Positions 32,968-41,575 of a stretch of 64,000 bases of DNA are shown one piece after another. Within the stretch, counting starts at the first letter, position 1, and each line of letters starts with the position of its first letter. The notes beneath the pieces are model-generated. The model was not told the DNA's origin. It worked only from the letters and a program-made list of their open reading frames with translations, and made no database searches. Source of the DNA: Wickerhamiella versatilis (lineage: Eukaryota); contig JAQOWU010000007.1 in the NCBI GenBank assembly GCA_030867685.1, forward strand, positions 2,294,001-2,358,000, given 5' to 3'. Position numbers and translations under genes: made by a program.

Positions 32968-33627
32968 ATGCCTTCATTGAGCAGAAATATTCCTGTTGAC
33001 AAGACATGTACCACTGTCTTGTATATTGACTGTCAAAACTTCAATTGTCACCGTAACGGTGGTGAGTATAAAAGTATGTCTTCAGAAGAGCAAGAGCGTA
33101 GATTCAAGTTCTTCTTTGACAAAATCGATTCCGAAACTATCCCGAACCTAGTAGATCTTCAAAATGCTTCTCGAAATAACGGTCTAGAGGTGATGTATAC
33201 TGTTATCGAAAGCCTCACAAAAGATGGTAGGGATAGGAGCTTAGATTATAAGATTACTGGATTTAATGTACCACGAGGATCTTGGGATGGCAAAGTAATC
33301 GATGCCCTTAAGCCACTTGATGATGAGATTGTTCTGCCAAAAACATCCTCCAGCGTTTTCATCTCCACACACATAGACTACGTTCTCCGTAATCTCGGCA
33401 CTCGATATCTAGTAATATGTGGATTCCTTACCGACCAGTGTGTGGAGAGTACAGTACGAGATGCATGCGACCTTGGATACTATGTTACGGTGATTACGGA
33501 TAGCTGTGCCACGCTCACTCAAGAACGTCATGAACGATCCCTCTCAGCTGTGAAGGGCTACTGCCGGCAAATTACCACACGTGAATTTATTAAGGAGCTT
33601 AGCGCCCAGAGTGACACCAATAAGTAG
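32968..33627 (+). CDS. Isochorismatase-family cysteine hydrolase, bacterial type
   Basis: IDCQN, ESLTKDGRDRSLDYKITG, LPKTSSSVF, TDQCVESTVRDACDLGY (Asp-Lys-Cys triad). First ATG at 32968; the track start at 32923 is GTG. Confidence 0.9.
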   Translation: MPSLSRNIPVDKTCTTVLYIDCQNFNCHRNGGEYKSMSSEEQERRFKFFFDKIDSETIPNLVDLQNASRNNGLEVMYTVIESLTKDGRDRSLDYKITGFNVPRGSWDGKVIDALKPLDDEIVLPKTSSSVFISTHIDYVLRNLGTRYLVICGFLTDQCVESTVRDACDLGYYVTVITDSCATLTQERHERSLSAVKGYCRQITTREFIKELSAQSDTNK

Positions 33628-33726
33628 AATTTAATTCAAATTTTCTCGCAATATCAGTAAATAAATGCCCAAAACCGTGTCTTATCTAAGCAAACAATAA
33701 GCTATCAGCATCGATTAGGATGCCAT

Positions 33727-35043
33727 ATGGGCCAAGAAACTAAATCAGGTGATTCACAACTACTAGTAGTCTCCGTGGTTGACTGTGCTGGTGTAACTAG
33801 GGGTAAGTGCGTCCCTAACTCGAGAATTCGATCCGCAGCTCAGTGTGGTTTAGGTGCCTCGACTTCGTGGGCCTTATTCACTGTTGTGAATGATCTGGCT
33901 TGGATTCCATCTGTGAATGTTGTTGGCGACGACAGGATTTTTCCGGATCTATCCAGTAGCGTTAAACTAGATCGCGGACTGGTCTGGGCACCAGCTGAGA
34001 TATGGCAGCAAAATGGCGAGCGAGCCTTCTGGTGTACGAGGACCTTTCTGAAACAGCAAGTGGAGACTTTGGCGGCAGCTGGAATAAGTGCTAAAGTAGG
34101 ATGTGAAATTGAGTTTACTCTGATACCAAATCAGAGTCCTCTTCCTCAAACAAGGTGGCATTCATATGGCATAAGCAGTCTACTAGACCAGGAAGATTTT
34201 GTACGCAATGTATGTGAGGAGTTCCATCGTATAAATTTAGGGCTTGAGCAATTTCATGCGGAGTTTGGCTACCTCCAGTACGAGATTTCCATGACAGCTT
34301 CAGATCCCATCAGTGCCATAGACAAGTTAACTCTGGCAAAATTCTTACTAGGCCGGATTGCGCGTCGCCACAACTGCGTTATATCTTTTTCACCACGACC
34401 ATTTGCCAATGATGCTAGTAATGGAGCTCATACTCATGTATCATTTTACCGAAATGGAACTCCTTTGCTCTCAGGCCACGAGGGCCAGTATGGAATAAGC
34501 AGGGAGGGTGCTGCCATTATAGGTGGCATAACTCACTTTCTTCCGGAACTAATAGGTCTTTTGACACCATCTATACTTTCTGTGGCGCGTCTTAATGGCA
34601 GTTGGTCTGGCTCGTATTCTTGCTGGGGCATTGAGAACCGAGAAGCGGCAGTGCGGTTCTGTCCGAACAGTGCTGAAGGAGGAGATAATGCTAATATTGA
34701 AGTTAAATGTATTGATGCCTCTGCAAACCCGTATGTCACCTGCGCAACAATCCTAATAATGGCCATTGAAGGTATTGAACGAATGCTTTCTTTGCCGAAA
34801 GAAATAAGTGTGCATCCCGATTCGTTATCTGAAAAAGACCGAAAAAAATGGGGAGTTGAGCGGCTTGCAACAGACCACATTGAAATGCTGGATAAGTTAG
34901 AGAACAGTGAACTAGCGCGCCGTACTATCCAACCACAGCTACTGGATTCTCTGATTGCCGTTAGAAGATATGAGAACAAGGTACTTAAAGAGCGCCCGCT
35001 AGAGGAAGTAGTGGAAACTCTGCGCTTCGCCTGGTCTACGTGA
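33727..35043 (+). CDS. Glutamine-synthetase-like gamma-glutamyl-amine/polyamine ligase, GlnA3 type
   Basis: GCEIEF, EQFHAEFGYLQYEIS, NGAHTHVS, CWGIENREAAVRF, NIEVKCIDASANPY. GLGAS..W, VVGD.R and the C-terminal RFAWST match actinobacterial GlnA3 as I recall it, not yeast GLN1 (GSII). Confidence 0.85.
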   Translation: MGQETKSGDSQLLVVSVVDCAGVTRGKCVPNSRIRSAAQCGLGASTSWALFTVVNDLAWIPSVNVVGDDRIFPDLSSSVKLDRGLVWAPAEIWQQNGERAFWCTRTFLKQQVETLAAAGISAKVGCEIEFTLIPNQSPLPQTRWHSYGISSLLDQEDFVRNVCEEFHRINLGLEQFHAEFGYLQYEISMTASDPISAIDKLTLAKFLLGRIARRHNCVISFSPRPFANDASNGAHTHVSFYRNGTPLLSGHEGQYGISREGAAIIGGITHFLPELIGLLTPSILSVARLNGSWSGSYSCWGIENREAAVRFCPNSAEGGDNANIEVKCIDASANPYVTCATILIMAIEGIERMLSLPKEISVHPDSLSEKDRKKWGVERLATDHIEMLDKLENSELARRTIQPQLLDSLIAVRRYENKVLKERPLEEVVETLRFAWST

Positions 35044-35210
35044 GTGAATACTGCTAAGTACTGCTGCATATATATATCACGGAGGGCTATTATATCATAA
35101 TTTTTGCAGTAAATAGAGATTGAATGTCTATTCATCTAAATTACGGTTGATAGCCTACCAAACTTAGAGCATTAATGTGCAATAACACTGTCAAAGATAC
35201 CTATAATCGA

Positions 35211-36065
35211 CTATCTATCTATCCACCGCTTGCGATGGTGAGATGATACAGACGATACGGATGCAAGTTGAGGCAGGACTTTACTTGGTCTATATCCAGA
35301 TGGTGTTGTTTCAAGTGTCGGCTGCCAGTTTATTGTTTGGAATTGTGTTGATACAGGGCTTGGTGTTACTGTTGTCACCGGCATGTATTTATACTGTATG
35401 TTAGATTTGAAGGGCGTCCATGAAGATGTCGGATATCTTCGTGTCGGTACACCCTTGGCGGTTACTTTTGTTCCTGGTGTTGATTGGAAAGGTGCTGTGC
35501 GAGTAGGTCCCTTCTGCCAAGTATAAGGCATCAGATACCCTGCTGTGGTATCCAGCCTCAAAGATGATAAAGACAATGGCAGACTATATGTTGACCAGCT
35601 AACCGTGGGCTGAACACCTTGAACAAAAGAATCTGGGATGCCACCCTCAATGGCAGCCCCTGTTCCTGTCATTCCTTTCACGCTGAAGAAGCCCATGTAA
35701 TAATCAACAACCTGCATTTCTGGCTGATACTCCTTATCTTTTCCTGTCAATTGCACTGTATATTTGCCATCGCCTGCCAAGGCCAATGCTTTCGTAAAAT
35801 TCATTGTGTGGCTCGCCTTCCCTCTAATATCAACTTGCTGCTCGAGGTAGTCACACTTAAACCCCACCCCATCTATGGTCGTACACAACAGGAAGTCACC
35901 CAGGATCAGCCTGTCTGGCTCTGGATCTCCTGCCTTCCAGACCCACTGGACTGTGATTTGGTCAGTGGCCGCATCAAATCCTTTGTTGGCATCCAGAACA
36001 CCAACACTATAATCCGCCAATGCTTGCCCAGCTAAGAGCAACCCCCCAAACAAGTCCCTGCGCAT
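35211..36065 (-). CDS. KRE9: Kre9/Knh1-family beta-1,6-glucan synthesis protein
   Basis: Signal peptide; PYTWQKGPTRTAPFQSTPGTKVTA..TRRYPTSS; basic C-terminal RKRW. Confidence 0.8.
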   Translation of the reverse strand: MRRDLFGGLLLAGQALADYSVGVLDANKGFDAATDQITVQWVWKAGDPEPDRLILGDFLLCTTIDGVGFKCDYLEQQVDIRGKASHTMNFTKALALAGDGKYTVQLTGKDKEYQPEMQVVDYYMGFFSVKGMTGTGAAIEGGIPDSFVQGVQPTVSWSTYSLPLSLSSLRLDTTAGYLMPYTWQKGPTRTAPFQSTPGTKVTAKGVPTRRYPTSSWTPFKSNIQYKYMPVTTVTPSPVSTQFQTINWQPTLETTPSGYRPSKVLPQLASVSSVSSHHRKRWIDR

Positions 36066-37634
36066 ACTCTGTTAAGGAAATTTGATGAGATAAAAAAAAC
36101 AAGGATCAAAGTAAAGGATGAGCAACACATATGCACAATGCATGACCTAGCGCATGTTTCATAACTCTAAAAAGTAAACACAACTGCTTTGATAGATCAG
36201 TTGCAGGAATATCAGGCCATCTTAATCAATAAAGATAAATTTAACGGTTTTAGAAATGTACAATATCTTGGTGGGCTTCTATGTAGTGTATACAAACAAA
36301 GGGATGGCAGCGATAGCGTGATGATTCGTTACCTAGATTGTCATCGGTGCCTGTTTTACACAAATGAAAGGATTTTTCATCTGAATTTTGACCCCTGATG
36401 TTGAAACTACGCAGTATGAGTAAGTTAAATTCTGTCTTTAGCAGATGGATTCTACCCCACTGTCAGCATTGGGATATCTTGTAAAAGGCACATAATAAGC
36501 AAGCCAAGCACGTTCTCTGAGCTATTTTACTGATTACTTTGATGAAAAGCCTAACGGGTTTATAGCAATAAAAGCCCCATGCTAAATATAGTAGGACACC
36601 CCTGACGACTTTTAGACATACGCTCTCCTTCAGTCTCCTTGAACTTATGTCTAAAATCGGTTCCCAAGCCAATTAGTTGCTATTTGTTATCCATGCCGGA
36701 TCCCCTATGACTTACCTGGTCCTGGTAGATGTAATCATTGACAGGGGTAAACGCATAATTGTTTTAAACATGAGTAATGAGCAGGCCTCCCCTGTATGCA
36801 ATCTCTGATTGCAGAAATAAACGGCTTGTTGACATCTTGGCTACGACTCCAATCATTTACCTCCATATCTTGTAAAAGAGTATTGATATTCTCGTTGATT
36901 TTAGCATGATATTCAAGGGCTTCATTGGACTTAAGACTTAAAGACAGTTTCACTTATCCAGCAAGTAATTATCCTATAATTAACACTAAAGTCTTCAATT
37001 CTCCAGTAGAAACCTACATGTATGAGTCAAGTTAAAAACCATGAAAACAGGAACCTATCCCAATTACGTAAAAGTGCAATTGATATTATTAATGAGCCAT
37101 TTTATGAACGGGCGATAGTCCGTGGTTTCCAGGGTATTTTCTTTTTTTTTGTATTTAACGAGAACTAAAACTCAACTGGCTATCTACGAGCCTTACACTG
37201 TACCGAAGAAAGATACCCGCCAGTAGAAAATATTCTCTCAGCAACATACGCTCTCTGATTGCATGTCACATAATTCCCGATGTGGAAAACCGATTTTACT
37301 TACTCTTCAGTTCGGTTGCTCGTTTGAATGCTGGTGATTTGGGTGAAATAGTAGTTCCATTCCCTCAAATTGGTATTATAGATTCACACACTGATCGAGT
37401 TTGTTATGTTATATTATGTTATGTTGTGAATATGGTCAGTTTAGGGATATTGCAATATAGATCCAGGCTTTCTTGGCCATTTGATATTGGTCCGCATAGC
37501 TCACAGATGGCATCACGCCCGACGGGTTTAAATGCACTGAACTTGCTGATGCTTATAAATTGTGTTTGTTCGCCGCGGGAGGTGGGAAGTGGGAGGTTTA
37601 TCTGTAGATAATTTTTAATCGTAATCCTAAAGAA

Positions 37635-38807
37635 ATGACTTCATTGGATATCGTGATTGCTGGTGCAGGAATTGGAGGGCTCGCTACGGCTATTGCACTC
37701 CAACAGAAGGGTCATAAGGTTCGCCTTTTTGACCGAGTTCAGGAGCTTAGACCTGCAGGATCTGCGATCAGTGTGTGGAGCAATGGTGTGATTGTCCTGG
37801 ATGCGTTGGGACTGGGAAAGGCTATGGATGAAGCCAGTGGTAATATGGAGGCCATGAGTTACCATGATAAAGATGGTAAACTGCTGACCAGATTCAGCCT
37901 TAAACCGCTATATGAATCTGTGGGTAGGGCAGCGAAACCCATAGCTCGCACTGAACTTCAACGCGTGCTTCTTGAAGGTGTGGGCGGCAAAGTTCAACTA
38001 GGCAAGCGTTGTGTGGGCTACAACAAAAAAAAGGAAGGGGGCGTTGAAGTCCTTTTTGATGATGGAGACAAGGTTGAGGCGGACTTGCTGGTGGGCGCTG
38101 ATGGGACGCACTCCGTCCTGCGAAGTCAGGTAGCTGGGCGTAAGGTCGATCGCCGGTATAGTGGATATGTAAACTGGAATGGTCGTGTGAAAGCCACCGA
38201 GAAACTGGCCCCCTCTGCCGACTGGACTCAATTTGTAGGCGACGCGAAACGAGTATCTATGATGCCCATGGGCAATGGGCTTTTCTACTTTTTCTTCGAC
38301 GTTCCTCTTCCAGCAGGTACGGAAAGCGATCCTGCGAAATACAAAGAGGAGCTCTCTGGCTATTTCAAGGGCTGGGCAGAACCTGTACAAGAGCTGCTTC
38401 GCGAAATGGACCCCTCTACGATAGCACGCGTCGAAATCCATGATATCGATCCTCTGGACAACTTGGTTGATACGGGTGTCGCACTAATTGGCGATGCTGC
38501 TCATGCCATGTCCCCAGATCTGGGACAGGGAGGTGTACAAGCTATTGAGGATGGTTGGGTCTTGGCAAAGTGCATAGAAGCTCATCCAGGAGACCTTAAT
38601 GCTGCCCTTAAAGCCTACAATGATTCTCGTGTTGAGCGTGTAGCATCAATAATTACGCGTGCCCGCAAGCGCAGCGAGACTACACACGGTAAGGACATGA
38701 AGGAAACTGAAGAGTGGTATGAGGAGCTTTCTCATGAGAATGGTGACAATATAATGGGTGGCATGCGTAAGACGATACTTGGTGGTCCTATCAAGGCAAA
38801 TCCTTAG
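37635..38807 (+). CDS. hpxO: FAD-dependent urate hydroxylase, bacterial type
   Basis: GAGIGGL, AISVWSNG, RRYSGYVNWNG, FYFFFDVPLPAG, VEIHDIDP, GDAAHAMSPDLGQGG, THGKDMKETEEWYEEL; collinear with Klebsiella HpxO as I recall it. Confidence 0.9.
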   Translation: MTSLDIVIAGAGIGGLATAIALQQKGHKVRLFDRVQELRPAGSAISVWSNGVIVLDALGLGKAMDEASGNMEAMSYHDKDGKLLTRFSLKPLYESVGRAAKPIARTELQRVLLEGVGGKVQLGKRCVGYNKKKEGGVEVLFDDGDKVEADLLVGADGTHSVLRSQVAGRKVDRRYSGYVNWNGRVKATEKLAPSADWTQFVGDAKRVSMMPMGNGLFYFFFDVPLPAGTESDPAKYKEELSGYFKGWAEPVQELLREMDPSTIARVEIHDIDPLDNLVDTGVALIGDAAHAMSPDLGQGGVQAIEDGWVLAKCIEAHPGDLNAALKAYNDSRVERVASIITRARKRSETTHGKDMKETEEWYEELSHENGDNIMGGMRKTILGGPIKANP

Positions 38808-39663
38808 AAGTCGTTTTGTATGGCCATATCAGACAAGCACTAAGTATCGATGACTGCGTTTGCGCAATAGGTTCGTTCAGTAAACCAATACATCCATATT
38901 CTAAACTTGGGACGATAGTAATAATGTGCTTTAGAAATCATAAATGTTTGTCTGAAAACTTATGCCACAAAGTACACTACACAATAGAGCCTTAAGCTAT
39001 CTCGAAGTAACTGGAAAAACGTTTTCACCTATATACACCTTTGCTTTTTTGAAGTCGCGATATCGAATTAGGCTAACTAGGTAGTGCCCATGCACAAAGT
39101 GCTTTTAGCCAACATGCTATTACTATTCTTGATTTTCTTTGGCTAGTCGTGTTAAAAAGGGTCTTGGCTCAGGTACAAGAGGCGCAGCTCCCTTTTCAGT
39201 GAGATATCTCTACTCGTTCTTACTGTTCAAGGTTTAAACAACAGTATGGGTGTTTTAATTGCGTAGTACTGTTAGTAGTAAGAGGACCAGGAGGGTTGAT
39301 ATGAGATGGATCCATTCTTTGTTCTTGTGTTTAAAAAACAGTGTCAAACGTTTTGTCAATTTTTTTACTTACTCGCAAATCTTTGGTATGCGATTTACGA
39401 AAGCACGTTAGAGAGGCAGATGTTATACTTAAGTGCGACTTTTTGAAACAGCAATAACCCCCGGAATAGCATACTTCTAATACGCCCGATCCTTTATTTT
39501 ACTCCTTAATTAAGGTGCAGCCTGAATATATCTTCTACTAAATTTTTTTTGCCGCGCATCCGCGCTTATTTCTACCCGATATAAGGGTTTGGGTTAATGT
39601 GCGCTTTACGAGTAATCTCCGGATTTTATACATAATCATCAAAAATTCACACTTCAGTTGATA

Positions 39664-41064
39664 ATGCATTTATGGGATCAAAAACGAGAAACCAAAATTT
39701 TCGAGCATTTTAAAGGATCTTTCCCTTTTGTAAAGGAATGGGGGAATCATACGGATATTGATGGTGCCAACATCACGATAACTCCCAGTCGACCTGTCGA
39801 GCATGATAGTGATAGCGATAAGGAGTCCCAGTACGAAGACATTCCTGAGAAAAACTTCGAGGAAAGTCCACCGCCTGATGGAGGACTAGTAGCGTGGCTT
39901 CAAGTAGCTGCTTGTTGGATTCTTAATACGAATAGCTGGGGTATTTTGAATATGTTCGGTGTATACCAAGAATATTACCAGACTTCCTTCTTGTCTCATA
40001 AGTCACCAGGAGATATATCTTGGATAGGTGCTCTTTCTCAATGCTGTTGTTTATTCGGAACTGTGATATTTGCATTTCCAATGGACGCAGGATATATGAA
40101 GTCTCTGGCAATTGCTGGAACTTTATTACAGTTTTTAGCATTGATGCTTCTAGGAAGTCTCTGTAGAAGCTACTGGTCTATTATGCTTGTACAAGGCGCA
40201 TTCATTGGGCTGAACTGCAGCATATTTTACATTGTTAGTCTTGGGTGCGTGGCTCCATACTTCTCCAAGAAACGTCCTTTAGCAATGAGTCTGGGTACAT
40301 GCGGTGCTGCTTTAGGCGCTGTTATATACTCGTGCATGGCTCGCAGACTAATAAATTCAGTTGGGTTTACTTGGGCTACTCGAGCCACCGCCTTTGTGCA
40401 ACTTGGATCGTGCTTATTTATGTGTGCAGTTATAAGGCAGCGGCTTAGTCCTCGACGAAGAACGGGAATTATAGCTTTTGAATGTTTCACGGAGCCTAAA
40501 TTCATGTTATTTTCATGTGCGAATTTTTTTGCTTTCTCTGGGCTTTTTACCTTTTATTTCCATTTCGAATCTTTTGCCCTTTTCGAGCATCCACAAGAGA
40601 AATATCTAGAGTACACCACAGCGATAGTCAATTCAGGATCGGTTGTGGGGCGTGTTGTTTTTGGCATAATTGCCAGCTACTACGGTAATGCTAACGTACT
40701 TGCCATCACATTAATCTGTTCGGCTATCATTGGATGGTGCTGGATACCAGTCAAATCAGAAGGGTCTATTATTGCTGTAGGATTGTTATTTGGATGTGCC
40801 ACAGGTGCTACATGCAGTCTGCCAGGACCGATGGTTGCTTACCTGACAAGTGATTTCAGCCGCTTGGGTATTCGCATGGCTGTTTTGTTTATATTTGAAG
40901 GAACTGGAATATTATTAGGACCACCATTTGCAGGTATAATGGAAAGAAACCATGGCTGGTTCTGGCCGGAGCTTTATTGTGGCATGCTGATGACTGCTGG
41001 TGCTGTGTTATTTTTCTGTTGTCGACAATTTATAACTCACAATAAATTGCGAGTTATAATATAA
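39664..41064 (+). CDS. MFS monocarboxylate-porter family transporter (Mch-like)
   Basis: PPDGGLVAWLQV, FGVYQEYY, ISWIG, YFSKKRPLAMS; about 12 TM segments. First ATG at 39664. Confidence 0.9.
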   Translation: MHLWDQKRETKIFEHFKGSFPFVKEWGNHTDIDGANITITPSRPVEHDSDSDKESQYEDIPEKNFEESPPPDGGLVAWLQVAACWILNTNSWGILNMFGVYQEYYQTSFLSHKSPGDISWIGALSQCCCLFGTVIFAFPMDAGYMKSLAIAGTLLQFLALMLLGSLCRSYWSIMLVQGAFIGLNCSIFYIVSLGCVAPYFSKKRPLAMSLGTCGAALGAVIYSCMARRLINSVGFTWATRATAFVQLGSCLFMCAVIRQRLSPRRRTGIIAFECFTEPKFMLFSCANFFAFSGLFTFYFHFESFALFEHPQEKYLEYTTAIVNSGSVVGRVVFGIIASYYGNANVLAITLICSAIIGWCWIPVKSEGSIIAVGLLFGCATGATCSLPGPMVAYLTSDFSRLGIRMAVLFIFEGTGILLGPPFAGIMERNHGWFWPELYCGMLMTAGAVLFFCCRQFITHNKLRVII

Positions 41065-41575
41065 ATTATAGCCTGATGTGTTGAAGACATTTTTGCTATC
41101 GATGATCGAGTAAAAATCGAGTAAAAAGCAGACAGTGGCACACAGAGTTCGCGTTACTGCAATAATCTAAGTCAACAACCTGGCAACGAATAAAATTTAG
41201 CATCAGTGCGATATCTTCCTATAGATTGCACAATAATTGTACGTATTAAGCCTTCATGGCAGCATTAATACTATGCCAACATAACTATTTATTCGAACAC
41301 TGGGACTGAAGATGCGAGTGGCGTTTAAAGGTAACATCGCAATATAGCGTAATTCAGGAAAACAAGCCTCTATTTTTCACATACCTTAAAGTAAATACAT
41401 ATTTGACCACTTGGAAATTCTACTGTAGCCTTTTGCTTAGCTTTCGGTGTTGAGCGCGGTATATTTTGACAGTGAATTAATACTGAGCTTTTTGCCAACA
41501 TTTTCCCTTTTTCAAAGAATAGACACTCAGTGGAAGTTACTGCGTGAGTATAAACAAATAATTATGGTATAAAAG

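Noticed and set aside
37577-37597. GGAGG motifs upstream of hpxO as a relic Shine-Dalgarno
   Set aside because: More than 35 nt from the ATG, too far to be an RBS.
36100-37600. Short ORFs and TTATG micro-repeats between KRE9 and hpxO
   Set aside because: No family motifs recovered in the frames I tried; AT-rich intergenic character.
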